64,000 nt of DNA from an uncultured Verrucomicrobiae bacterium (GCA_963837955.1 CAWIPH010000002.1:3328001-3392000); one strand, 5' to 3'. Shown: positions 20,392-31,527, counted from the first letter of the stretch. The notes: generated by a model not told the origin, from the letters alone. Numbers and translations: made by a program.

Positions 20392-21985
20392 CTAATGAAA
20401 TAGGTTCAGCACCGCATCGCCGTGAAGATCGATCTCTTCGTGTGCCAACTCGCCTACCAACCGCCCGCGCGCCAGGACAAGCACCCGGTCGGCCATCATC
20501 ACTTCTGGCAACTCAGAGGTGCACATCAAGACTTGATCCGCCTTGTCGGACAAATTGGCTGAGGAGCTCATAAATTTCCTCCTTTGCCCCAACATCGATT
20601 CCTCGGGTTGGTTCATCCACGATTAAGATTCGGGCCGTGCTGGCGAGCCATTTGGCGAAAACCACTTTCTGCTGGGTTCCTCCGCTCAGCGCACCGACTT
20701 CCTTTTCGGGGACAACGGATCGCATCATCAGCCGGCTGATCATTTCCTGGGCGATGCGACGTTCATTCTTCTTGAACAGAAGGGTGTAGCGGCTGAACGC
20801 AGGCAGACTGGCCAGCGTGATGTTTTGGGTTACGGACATGCAATGGACGAACCCCTGTTCCTTGCGATCTTGGGGCAATAACCCGATACCGTTGCGAATC
20901 GCCTCCCGTGGATTCGGCAACCTTAGCGCGCGCCCGCCGATGGAGATCTCTCCTGCGACCCGTTCTCGGGCTCCAAATAGACACCTGGCCAACTCCGGTT
21001 GACCGCTTCCGACGAGACCGGCAACGCCGAGGACTTCGCCGCGTCGCAAATCAAAACTGATGTCGCGCAAGATTGAGCGATCTTGGAGTCCTCGAACTGA
21101 CAGAAGTGGTTCCGATGCGTCCCCCGTGCCCAGACGCGGTCTCTGGTGAGAATCGTCGAGCGACTGCCCGAGCAGCGAAGTCCTCAAGGCTCGGCCGATC
21201 ATCGCGCGGATAATTTCGGATGGTTTGGTGTCGGGCAGGCTATACGTGCCAACTAGGGCGCCGTCGCGCAACACGCTGACTCTTTCGCACAATTCGTAAA
21301 GCTCTTCCATTCTGTGGGATACATAAATGATCGCCACACCTCGTTCTCGCAGGGTTTTCAGGACTGACAACAGCCGCTTGACGTCAGGCGCCGGGAGTGT
21401 GGCAGTCGGTTCGTCGAGAAGAATCACTTTGGCTTTTCGATGGAGAGCTTTCGCTAATTCAACCGCCTGCTGTTGGGCGATGGCCAAGGAGCCGACTGGC
21501 ACCTCGACGTCCATGGCGAATCCAAGCCAATCCAGCGCTTCCTGAGCCTCACGACGCATCCTTCGCCTGTCAATGGTTAGCCCCTTTAGCGGCAAATCTC
21601 CCATGAAAATGTTCTCAGCCACCGAGAGGCCCGATACGAGGCTGAGTTCTTGATAGATGGTGACAATCCCCGCTTTTTGCGCATCATGCGGTGTATCGAA
21701 GGAGACCGGTGAACCGAGAACACTAATACTGCCGGTGTCCGGTTCTTCAGCGCCAGAGAGGATCCGGATCAACGTCGATTTGCCGGCGCCGTTCTGGCCG
21801 GCAATCGCGTGGGCCTCACCTGAAACAAAGGATAAGCTCACGCCTTGGAGAGCTTTCACGCCGAGGTAAGTCTTTGATACTCCACTTACTTCCAGCGTCG
21901 GTTCGGCTGAACCGCTGCTCACCGGGGTTGCATCGCTAGGTTGAAGGGAAGCTACGCACACACCTCTGGTATCGCTCAAACGCAA
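20392..21985 (-). CDS. Sugar ABC ATP-binding protein; frameshift near 20540
   Basis: GQNGAGKST, LLDEPT, LSGGTQQK. C-terminal CTSELPEVMMADRVLVL is in another frame. Start uncertain. Confidence 0.88.
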
Positions 21986-21988
21986 ATT

Positions 21989-22022
21989 AACCGAGAAGGA
22001 AAGCAGGCCCTCCTTCTCGGTT
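21989..22022 (-). terminator. Intergenic stem-loop downstream of the binding-protein gene
   Basis: AACCGAGAAGGA-N10-TCCTTCTCGGTT perfect 12-bp stem. Confidence 0.6.
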
Positions 22023-22038
22023 CCCCATCGGAAAATTC

Positions 22039-23068
22039 TTACGGAGCAGATTGAACGTAACTCTTATCCGGCCGGTAATAGCTTTTGGCGTTCGCCGGTG
22101 TGACTAGTACCGTATCAATGTAGTTTACGCCGCCCTTGCAAGCAGTCTTGTCCCCCTTGACCGCGGCTACGATCATTTGCATTGCGGTGATGCCTTGGTC
22201 CCAAGGCTGATTGGACGCATCGCAACGGATGGGGCCGTCGGGATTGTCCATCATTTCTTTGATCGTGCTCATCTGGCCGTCATACGTCGCTTCGAGAATA
22301 TCGTTCCAGATACCTGCCTGCTTCAGGCCCTGCTCAATCCCCGCCTGCATCACGTCGCTCTCGCTGTATACAACCTTCAAATCCGGGTTCGCTGTGGCGA
22401 TATCCCGCATCGGTCCGAGCGCCTGATCCGGTAGCCAATGTCCGTATCGCATTGGTAATACGGTCGTCTTCGGTCCCGGATGATCCTTAAAGTATTCGTC
22501 GTACGCCTGAAGAAACCCGGTCTTGCGCAGGTCAGAAATCACATCGCCGGGATATCCTCCGATAATCGCCAATTTGATAGAATCGGTTGGCTTAAACTTT
22601 TTGGCGACCTCTTCCGCGATGCCTTTGCCTGCCTTAGCCCCCGTCGCAACTTGATCCTCTGCCACGTAACAAAAAGTGTCGGGAGCTGAGAGAGGGTTTC
22701 CAAATTGCTATTGACCTCAGCCAACGGAATACCCGCTTTTTTTAACGCCAGCACCGACGCGGAAACGCCGCGGGGATCATTAGCGTTCATAATCACGCCG
22801 TCGACGCCTTTCGTAATCAACGTTTCCACATCGGAGTTCTGGCGAACAGTATCGCCGCCGGCGTCGAGGACCTCAACTTTTACGCCCAGTTTCTCACCTT
22901 CGCTGGTAACGCCCGCGATCAGTGTTTTCCACCAGTCACTGCCCGCAACCCGACGTTGCGAATAACCGATTACGATCTGTTTTTGATCGGCTCCTTTTGC
23001 GATATGGCCGGCCACAGTGGACAGGCCTGCGACCACGCCACTGACGGCAAGGAGAAACGCCGGTTCAT
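22039..23068 (-). CDS. Sugar ABC substrate-binding protein, probable Tat-like signal; at least 2 frameshifts
   Basis: GGAGGTGA RBS then MNRR... Pieces 22539..23036 (VLDAGGD...ITKGVDGVI) and 22039..22665 join into a PBP1 fold. Confidence 0.8.
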
Positions 23069-23202
23069 TGGCTCACCTCCCATCCGTTTCTGGAGTCTCT
23101 ACTGGTTCTGCTGGGGAGGATCGTAGCGATGGGGATACCGGAGTTAAGGGGGGCTTTCATGGTCGCTAGTTATCACCGCACCGTTTTCGTAAGTCAACAA
23201 AT

Positions 23203-23217
23203 TTGTTATCGCTAACT
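23203..23217. promoter_or_regulatory. Putative LacI-family operator in the divergent promoter
   Basis: TGTTATCGCTAAC, resembling TGTTANCGNTAACA; a LacI gene lies in the same module. Confidence 0.5.
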
Positions 23218-23416
23218 TGAGCTAAATAGCCGTCTCTTTGTGCGAATATATTGCTATTTCATGATGCAATTTTGATCTCTAAATGAGTGATAGATCCGCA
23301 TAAATAATGTTACATGTATGCGATGATCTCGCAGGTTGACCTACTCGCTTGCACTTACTATCTTCAAAACAGTCGATTGACATGCCACGATGTTGTCGAT
23401 AACAATATTGCTTTGT

Positions 23417-24503
23417 ATGATTGAACCCTATTCAATTGTCGGTCTTTCTCCCCGGACCTTCACCATCGAGAAGCGCGAAGAAGCGCTCGAGAACGTGAAG
23501 CGAATTTGCAGATTTATGGACAACGCTTGCATGGTGGGCGCTTGGGAACGTTTACCTGTTCGGCTGATTGTTATCCCGGAAATGGCCATCCAAGGCCTAA
23601 TCGCAAACATCCCCGGAAACTGGGTAATCGAGGCGAAGTTCGCCACAGAAATCCCTGGACATGAGACTGAGGAACTCGGCTGAAAGCCAGGGAAATTAAC
23701 TCTTATATCGCCACAGAACTTTACATGGTGCGCGACAACGATTTTTCCGACCGCTATTACAACGTTGGGTTCATCGTTAGTCCAAAGGGCGAGGTAGTTT
23801 ACAAACGGTATAAGGCAACCCAAGACGCCTACGAAGGCGGGATGCTCGGCAACTCAAATCCGCACGACGTTTGGGACCAATGGATTGAGAAGAAGGGAAA
23901 AGGCTATGTGATGGAAGCGATTTATCCTGTTGCTAGGCTAGAAATCGGCAACATCGGCATCTGTATTTGTTACGAAGGTGTATATCCGGAGGTTGTGCGT
24001 GGGTTGCCATGAACGGCGCTGAGATCATCATTCGCTCGACTCTGATCGAACCCCATGTTATGAACTGCTGTGAAAACTCGAGAACCGGGCTCACGCAATG
24101 TTTAACCAGGTGTATGTCGTTGCGCCGAACCTCGGTTCGCAGATCCAGAAGGATGGCAGCGTGATCGATCTATTTGGTGGGCAGTCAATGATCGTTAACA
24201 ATTGCGGCACGATTGTGGCCAAGCAGGCAGGTTGGACACCCGGTGATTGCTTTGTTAATACGGTGATTGACATGGAGTCGTTGCGAAAGATTCGCACCGC
24301 TAACGGACTCTACAATCAGTTCAAGGATCTGCGCACCGAGCAATACGCAGCGATTTATTCGCGGCCGATTACCGAAGAACCAGTACCTCAAGGAGCCCCC
24401 TAAAGAAGGCTGGCTTCGCGAAGGCTGAAACTCGCGGCAAAGCGCTTCAGGAACTAGTGAAGCGCGGGGTTTTGTTACTCTGCCAGACGGAAATTCGCAT
24501 TAA
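23417..24503 (+). pseudogene. Nitrilase-related carbon-nitrogen hydrolase, multiply frameshifted
   Basis: Triad motifs spread over successive ORFs: LIVIPEMAIQG (E), YKRYKAT (K), GICICYEG (C), then NQVYVVAPN and GGQSMIV. End is approximate and the breaks may be sequencing errors. Confidence 0.8.
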
Positions 24504-24521
24504 CCGGCGAGAGGTACGATC

Positions 24522-25182
24522 ATGCCAAAGAGACAGCTCGCAATCTTCGTCGGATCTCGACGCGCTTACCTATTTTAACGACTTTCAAGCCAGAACCGTC
24601 GAAGCCATCGCTGAACGGATCATCCCAGGGGATAAGGTTCACGGGGGTGCGGCCCAGGCTGGAGTCGTTTTCATATCGACCGGGCAATCAGCTGGTTTCA
24701 GCACCGGGCTCCAACGTGTTTACCGGCTCGGGCTACGCGAATTGGAACGTTTCTGCGAACGGCAATTTTCCTCGCAATTCGTGGAATTGACTGAGCAGCA
24801 ACAGAATCAAGTTATCCAGTGGTTTCTCGGAGATGAGGTCGGAGGAGGCAATAAATTGGACCGTACCCAATCTCCATTTCGAGAGATGGCAGAGAATGAA
24901 GGAACAGCAGAAGGAATCGAACTGGCTTTGCTTCATTCGATGTTCGCGGTGATCCGTGAACACACGGTCGAAGGATATTTCTGTGATCCGATTTACGGCG
25001 GGAATCGCGGCGCAGTCGGTTGGCGGTTAGTCGGATTCCCCGGAGTCCAATGGGGTTACACCGCCCAGCAAATGAAGCCCGGATTCGATGCCAGGCAGAT
25101 TCCGATCAAGACGCTGGCCGATCTCCGGCGCGAATTGAACAACCTACCCGATAACGCCCAATACGGGATCCAACGAAAGTAA
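24522..25182 (+). CDS. Gluconate 2-dehydrogenase subunit 3 family protein (5' frameshift)
   Basis: EAIAERIIPGD, TVEGYFCDPIYGGNR..VGWRLVGFPG. Confidence 0.85.
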
Positions 25183-25186
25183 TCGA

Positions 25187-26897
25187 ATGCCTCCAAAAAA
25201 AATCGACGCTATCGTAGTCGGCGCAGGGGTCTTCCGGGGCGATCGTTGCATCAGAACTGGCCCAGAACGGGGTAAAAGTCGTCTGCTTCGACAAAGGGCC
25301 TCGCTACACGGATGAGGACTTTCGTCTGAAGTACGACGAGATTTGTTATTATGCGCGAGGAGCCATCGTCCCGCACATGACCACGGATCCAATGACGTGG
25401 CGCGAGGGCAGCAAAGGCTCGGCCACGATTCTACCGTGGGTTTCCGGGCCGCTCGGAACCGCGAACCCGTTGCATTTACCGCCCTCGTTAGGTACGGGAG
25501 GCGGTTCCATTCACTGGGGAGGCGCCTGTTGGCGTTTTCGCGAGAGCGAATTCCGCATGAAAACCCTGATCGAAGAGCGACTGGGCAAAAAGGCGCTTCC
25601 TGAGAATCACACGCTCGTCGACTGGCCGATTAGCTATAAAGATCTGGAGCCGTACTACGACCGAGTAGAATGGGAACTGGGGATCTCCGGTCGCGGCAGC
25701 AATATCTCCGGCCACGGCGACAAGGGAGATAACCCATGGGAAGCCCCGCGTCGTCGGGATTATCCGATGCCTCCTTTGCGCGCAGGTCCCTCTGATCAAC
25801 GGTTCGCCGACGCTTGTACCCGGCTCGGATTTCATCCGTTTCGGACCGCAACGGCCATTGCCTCAGTGCCATTCAAAGGCCGGTCCGGCTGCACTTACTG
25901 CGGGTTTTGCCACGGCTATCCCTGTCATGTGAACGCTAAGACATCCACGCATGTGGCCGCGCTTCCGGGTGGACTGGCTAGTGGCAACCTGGAGATCCGC
26001 GATTACAGCCGGGTCTACAAAGTCAACCTTTCGAACGATGGGCGTCTCGCGCTCGGAGTATCGTACTTCGATTCACAGGGCCGTTCAATCGACGTCGAGG
26101 CCGAACAAGTTGTGTTGGCCTGTTATTCGCTGGAAAACGCGCGCTTGATGTTGGCTTCCGGGATTAACCGAAATGGTCAAGTTGGGAAGCACTACATGAC
26201 GCATGCGTTCGGCTTCTTTATGGGGTTGACGCCGCAGTCTTCGAACCCGTTCATGGGCCCGCTGGTAGCGTCCACCGCTATCGAGGATTTTAGCGGAGAA
26301 CTGGTGCACGACTATGACGAAAGTGTTCTCTGGGGCGCACCCATCATTAGCTGGCCCGGCGATTTTCAGCCGATCGAAATTGTGCATGCCATGCCCGCTA
26401 ATGCGCCTCGATGGGGAGCCAGCTTCCGAGATTGGATGCGGGATAATTACACCCGAATCTGGGCGATGTATTCGCAGACAGCCAACATCCCAACTCATGA
26501 GACCTACGTTGATTTGGATCCGCACCACAAAGATCGGTACGGCCAACCGGCGCTCCGAATGACTCATGGCTGGGGGGAGGTGGACAAGCGCGGGGTCGAG
26601 TTTCTGCTCAAGCAAAAACGGAAAATTGCGCAGGAGATGAACCTAACAACTTGGTGGGAAGAAACCACTAGTCCCGAATATCATCTCTCCACGCATGAAG
26701 TTGGCACGCATCGCATGGGAGAGGACCCGGCGGCCTCGGTGGTCGACATCTTTGGCCGTTCACACGAATGCAAAAACCTGTTTGTGATCGGTGGGGGACA
26801 ATTCCCCAGCTATCACGGGTACAATCCTACCCAGACCATTCAAGCGCTGGCATACATGACCGTTGATCATTTGCTTGGGCGCCCGTTTAGCCGCTGA
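25187..26897 (+). CDS. GMC family oxidoreductase (gluconate 2-DH flavoprotein-like); frameshift near 25230
   Basis: DAIVVGAG-(fs)-SGAIVASELA, GTGGGSIHW, CTYCGFC..YPC, HEVGTHRMG, NPTQTIQALA. Confidence 0.9.
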
Positions 26898-26932
26898 CTG
26901 AGCTGTGATTTGAAGAGCGTCTCACCCGAATC

Positions 26933-27970
26933 ATGAAAATGACCAAACAGCCTGCTGACCCGCCAAGCCAGCGACGGAACCCGCGAATGGTGGATGTCGC
27001 GAAACTGGCAGGTGTCTCCCACCAGACTGTTTCTCGGGTGCTGAACGGTAATCCGAATGTTAGTAGCGAGTTAATCGAGCGGGTTGAACGCGCGGTCCAG
27101 CAGTTAGGTTATCGGCGAAACACCGCGGCTCGAGCGTTATCGACAGGACGATCAATGAATCTGGGCATCGTCAGCTTCGATATTTGGCAGTACGGTCCGA
27201 CCCACGTGTTGTTCGGTATCGCCGACGCCGCCCGCCAAGCCGGTTACGCTACCAGCCTGGTTAGTCTTGGAAACAATGATTCCAAGAGCGCTCGCGCCGC
27301 CATTGATCATCTGATAGCGAATAGCGTCGACGGCATCATCGTCATCGCGCCGGTCGAAGGCGCCAGGGCGGCCGTCCAGGCAGTTCCTCCCGAAGTCCCC
27401 CTGGTGATGTTCCAACCAAGCGTTGTAACCGGCGCGGCCAGCGTCGCTATCGATGAGGTGCTCGGAGCCCGTCTGGCAACCAGACATTTGTTAAATCTCG
27501 GACACAAATCAGTCTGGCACGTGAGCGGCCCGGAAGGTTGGCTTGGCACCGATGCCCGCATCCGTGGTTGGCGAGAAGAACTGACTGCAGCGCGTTCCGT
27601 CGCCCACAAAATTATTGCCGGCGATTGGAGCTCTGCATCTGGTTACCGGGCAGGGCTCGAGATCGTTCGTGATCGCGAAATCACCGCCGTTTTCGTCGCG
27701 AATGATCAAATGGCTTTGGGCGTCCTGCAAGCGCTGCAACAGAATGGATTACGTGTACCTGGCGATGTGAGCATCATCGGATTCGACGACATCCCGGAAG
27801 CCGCCTACTTCCTACCTTCGCTCACCACCGTTCGGTTAGATTTCACGGCATTAGGAAGACGTTGTGTCGAGCATCTTCTGGCCAAAATCCGAGGTTCACC
27901 GCTTTCCCCCACTTCAGCCCTTGAACCGCAAGTGTTGGTGAGAGCCAGCACGGGAGCGCCCCCAGCCTAA
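26933..27970 (+). CDS. LacI family transcriptional regulator
   Basis: MVDVAKLAGVSHQTVSRVLN, VPGDVSIIGFDD, VLVRAST. Confidence 0.95.
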   Translation: MKMTKQPADPPSQRRNPRMVDVAKLAGVSHQTVSRVLNGNPNVSSELIERVERAVQQLGYRRNTAARALSTGRSMNLGIVSFDIWQYGPTHVLFGIADAARQAGYATSLVSLGNNDSKSARAAIDHLIANSVDGIIVIAPVEGARAAVQAVPPEVPLVMFQPSVVTGAASVAIDEVLGARLATRHLLNLGHKSVWHVSGPEGWLGTDARIRGWREELTAARSVAHKIIAGDWSSASGYRAGLEIVRDREITAVFVANDQMALGVLQALQQNGLRVPGDVSIIGFDDIPEAAYFLPSLTTVRLDFTALGRRCVEHLLAKIRGSPLSPTSALEPQVLVRASTGAPPA

Positions 27971-28061
27971 CTAAATCCCCTCCCCTGTTGCGCGTATGCG
28001 TTACGTGTAACGAATCATATAAACAACATATCATAAGATAGTTAGCGAATAGAGGAACTCC

Positions 28062-29000
28062 ATGATACCACGTCCATTCGGGAGCACCGGTTTATCGGTG
28101 ACTCCACTCTGCATTGGCACGAGCGCGTTGGGTAATTTTCCTGCGCAGTACGGATATGAGGTAAGCGATGAGCGCGCCGCTGCAACCTTGCGCCGGGTCT
28201 TCCAAGGACCGATTAACTTCATCGATACATCCAATGAATACGGCGGGGGCGAGAGCGAGCGCCGCATCGGTCGAGTACTAAAGCAGTTGGGAGGCATCCC
28301 GACCGGTTTCGTGCTCGCCACTAAGGTCGACCCTTTGCCCGGCAGCCGCGACTTTTCCGGCGCTCGCATCCGCGCGTCTGTGGCCGAGAGTCTTCAACGC
28401 CTGGGTCTGGACCAGTTACAAGTCGTCTATCTGCACGATCCTGAGAAGATAACATTCGCCGAGGCGATGGCGCCCGGGGGCGCCGTTGAAGCTCTGATCC
28501 GGCTGCGCGACGAAGGAATAATCAAATATCTCGGAGTAGCCGGTGGCCCCATTGACCTGATGCTCCAGTACGTCGGTACCGGAGCATTCGAGACGGTCAT
28601 CAGCCACAATCGTTACACCCTAGTCGATCAGTCAGCTGAACCCTTATTGACCGCGACCTTTCAGCGGGGCATCGCGTTTGTGAACGCCGCGCCGTACGGA
28701 GGAGGAATGCTGGTCAAAGGTCCCAGCCTAGTGCCCGAAGTATTGTTACCAGCCAGCAAGTGTCGAGACGTTAGTCCGGGTCCACAAGATGCAGCTGATC
28801 TGTCAGTCGAATACGTGCCTTTGGCAGCGGCGGCGCTTCAGTTCTCTCTTCGCGAGAAGCGGATCGTCTCAACCATTGTCGGTATCACCGAGCCTGAACG
28901 CGTTGAACAAACGCTTCAACTGGCAGCATGGCCGATCCCCGAAAGTGTCTGGCAGGATTTAGAACCTTTGATTGTAGCCGGCAAAGCCGGCGTCCTGTGA
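28062..29000 (+). CDS. Aldo/keto reductase
   Basis: IDTSNEYG, LATKVD, YLHDPE, SHNRYTL; apparent compensated double frameshift at about 28735-28815. Confidence 0.9.
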   Translation: MIPRPFGSTGLSVTPLCIGTSALGNFPAQYGYEVSDERAAATLRRVFQGPINFIDTSNEYGGGESERRIGRVLKQLGGIPTGFVLATKVDPLPGSRDFSGARIRASVAESLQRLGLDQLQVVYLHDPEKITFAEAMAPGGAVEALIRLRDEGIIKYLGVAGGPIDLMLQYVGTGAFETVISHNRYTLVDQSAEPLLTATFQRGIAFVNAAPYGGGMLVKGPSLVPEVLLPASKCRDVSPGPQDAADLSVEYVPLAAAALQFSLREKRIVSTIVGITEPERVEQTLQLAAWPIPESVWQDLEPLIVAGKAGVL

Positions 29001-29007
29001 GGTCGGG

Positions 29008-29031
29008 TTCTGTAGGGGTCACGTCTTTAAC
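29008..29031. repeat. Right copy of the inverted repeat bracketing 19338..29000
   Basis: TTCTGTAGGGGTCACGTCTTTAAC, 7 bp after the AKR stop codon. Confidence 0.75.
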
Positions 29032-29122
29032 AATATTTTGTAAAAATGTTGCTGTGCTCGGAGAGCGTGATAACGATGCGACCCTCATTTTTTAGGGCGA
29101 CGGCATTATTCTCTAGAGGAAA

Positions 29123-29162
29123 GCGTACGGGACTCGAACCCGTGCACCGGCCTTGAGAGGGC
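29123..29162 (-). repeat. 40-bp exact copy of the tRNA-Glu 3' half (att-like core)
   Basis: GCGTACGGGACTCGAACCCGTGCACCGGCCTTGAGAGGGC is identical to 15075..15114. Confidence 0.92.
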
Positions 29163-29487
29163 GAGCGTTTTTAGAGGGAGAGCCTGCGTCGTACCGTTGA
29201 TTTACCGTATTTGGAACCTATCTGCGACCCTTGCCAGCGTTTCATAGAGCCCTCATTATCGACTTTAATGCCCAGAAGCAAATCTCCGTTCACTAAAGGG
29301 CAAAGAGCGAGAGCTTTGGCGGCTGTCGCGCTCTGACGGGTGCGGAATGGCTCTCTGGCTGTGCGTGAGGGCTCGATTCCTGATTCTGGTCGGGAGTTAA
29401 CTCAATTCTGTTGGCAGAGGAAACCACAACAGGTAGCCCCCGCATTACCTTACTTGTCCATTATGTTGTGGTACTAGTCCAATTCTT

Positions 29488-30003
29488 ATGGATAACACAA
29501 ATTCAAGAATTATTGGTACAGAGCTTTACTTACGGCCACGATCAGAACTATTTGCCTACGCGGGAGTCACACTAGACGATGACGAATGGCGGTTAGATCT
29601 CTGGCTCTACCATAGACCCCCACAATCAGATTTTGGAATCTTGATCCATTTCGGAGGAATCGAAAATCAAGACTTCCAGCACAGAGAGCAAAATCAAACC
29701 GATGCCAGCTGGAATTCGGAAACTGGCTTTATTCAGCGCCAGGGTAGCAACATTAGCCTGTTTCCAGTCGGCGAGATTAGTCCGGAGCTAAAAGAAACAT
29801 TCCTTATTAAGGAGTTTAGATCTGAAATCCTGGATGCCATTCAACAGAAAAACTGGAAGGCATTGCATTGGTTAAAGCAGCATGGCGTCGCGATTTCTCG
29901 GTCCACCGTAATTAATTTGGGTAGTGCTCGTCCGGAATTAGCATTTCTGCCGGCCATTCCTTTTGAGCAACTTGGACTCGATACCGTCTACGCGCCTGTC
30001 TAG
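29488..30003 (+). CDS. Hypothetical protein
   Basis: 171-aa ATG ORF in AT-richer DNA with no competing ORF. Confidence 0.6.
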   Translation: MDNTNSRIIGTELYLRPRSELFAYAGVTLDDDEWRLDLWLYHRPPQSDFGILIHFGGIENQDFQHREQNQTDASWNSETGFIQRQGSNISLFPVGEISPELKETFLIKEFRSEILDAIQQKNWKALHWLKQHGVAISRSTVINLGSARPELAFLPAIPFEQLGLDTVYAPV

Positions 30004-30014
30004 ACTCCTGACTT

Positions 30015-30212
30015 ATGACGGAAACAGAACAGGCAACGATAAAAAGATTAGAGAAGGTCGAGAAAGCGATCAAGGCGCTGAAACAGACTCTATACAGCTT
30101 ATCAACCTCTCGGCGTAATTTTGAAATACGTCATACTCATAATGCCAATGAAAGATTAGAGGCCCTTGAAGAACAGATTGATATTATAGCCCGCGCCTAC
30201 GACCGGCTCTGA
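30015..30212 (+). CDS. Small hypothetical coiled-coil protein
   Basis: 65 aa with a heptad-like pattern; closely follows 29488..30003. Confidence 0.5.
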   Translation: MTETEQATIKRLEKVEKAIKALKQTLYSLSTSRRNFEIRHTHNANERLEALEEQIDIIARAYDRL

Positions 30213-30514
30213 ATTCCATGAACGAGACCGACTTAATGAATCTAAAACATGATGTCGACCGACACGAAGAGGCGGTAATCGAGATGCAAATGCAATCGTG
30301 TCATTGAAGGCTGATTTGAAAGAGCTGCTGAAACTTGTGCAGCTTCTGGATGCTTCGACAGAAAAACTTACTTTCGGAACCGAGCAGGAAAAAGCAGCTT
30401 AAGGACTCCCGCGGTCGGCTCAGAGCACCAGGCGAAGCGATAAATTTTGCACAGACCTTATAAACGGGTGTTAGCTAATCCTCTATCCGCATTTGTAGCC
30501 TGCCTATGTAGGTC

Positions 30515-31333
30515 ATGAGTTCACTTCGCGCGACAGACAGACACAGCCTTGAAGCATTTCTTGGAATGTCTTCAGGCTATGTGCTCAATTTTTCGGACTA
30601 CACTTTCGGAGAGTTTGTATCCGAGAACACCGGCCTGGATATACACTCTCAGCGTTATACCAGCGAAGGCACCTCAAAGGCAAAGAAACTTCGCGCGCTC
30701 TGGAAATTGGAATCAGACCACGTAGTGGGAAAACTCTTGCTCGAATTGATCGATTACGGCGTCTCTCTTGATCTCGAACCGGAGACGAAACCGTTAGCAG
30801 ATGGGTGCAGACAGATTGCGACGCGCCTTCTTGCCGGCGGTCCGAGTCTGACCCCGCTCAAGGAACAGGCAAAAGTGCTCAATGCTAAACATCTCGCGGA
30901 ACAGATCCGCCGAATGGAGTCTTCAATCGAAACGGACCCGAGCCTCGCCATCGGGACGGCAAAAGAACTGATTGAGACGTGTTGCAAGACGATCCTCGCC
31001 GAACGCGGTCAGCCTGTGGTCGGGACCCCCGATGTCTCCACGCTCACGAAAGACACGCTGAAAGAGTTAAAGCTGATCCCGGAAGGTATCCCAGATGCGA
31101 CGCGAGGCGCAGACGTTATCAAACGCCTATTGAGCAATCTCGGCACGATTGGAAACGGCCTCGCCGAACTCCGCGGTCTTTATGGAACCGGTCATGGGAA
31201 GCACGGCACTACAACCGGATTGGGCGCACGCCACGCGAAGTTAGCCGTGGGTGCCGCAGCCACATTGACCACCTTTCTTTTCGATACTCACAAGGAGACC
31301 GAATCTAAACAAAAAAGCCGTCGGGTCTCCTAA
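30515..31333 (+). CDS. Abortive infection family protein (Abi_C, HEPN-like C-terminus)
   Basis: GYVLNFS...SKAKKLR N-domain; DPSLAIGTAKELIETCCKTIL; ELRGLYGTGHG; ARHAKLAV. Confidence 0.85.
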   Translation: MSSLRATDRHSLEAFLGMSSGYVLNFSDYTFGEFVSENTGLDIHSQRYTSEGTSKAKKLRALWKLESDHVVGKLLLELIDYGVSLDLEPETKPLADGCRQIATRLLAGGPSLTPLKEQAKVLNAKHLAEQIRRMESSIETDPSLAIGTAKELIETCCKTILAERGQPVVGTPDVSTLTKDTLKELKLIPEGIPDATRGADVIKRLLSNLGTIGNGLAELRGLYGTGHGKHGTTTGLGARHAKLAVGAAATLTTFLFDTHKETESKQKSRRVS

Positions 31334-31527
31334 CAACGCAGTGCCTCGTACTCCTCCCGGCTGATCTGGTGGACCTCAAAACAATCCTTTGGTAATCCGG
31401 TCTTTTCGGAAGCCTTAGCAAACACACCTGGCGCGCTAAATCCGACTGCGACAGTCTCGCCTTTCGCCTTATCAACCGCTGCGTAGTAGACCTCAAATTT
31501 TGGAGCAGGAGAACCGAATGAACTCAT
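31330..31527 (-). CDS. Small hypothetical protein
   Basis: 65-aa ATG ORF whose stop overlaps the abi stop. Confidence 0.45.
   Translation of the reverse strand: MSSFGSPAPKFEVYYAAVDKAKGETVAVGFSAPGVFAKASEKTGLPKDCFEVHQISREEYEALRC

Noticed and set aside
15115..29162. Classical tRNA-integrated island between the two 40-bp repeats
   Set aside because: The fragment is upstream of the tRNA and lacks both tRNA flanks, and no integrase is present; kept only as an anomalous att-like site.
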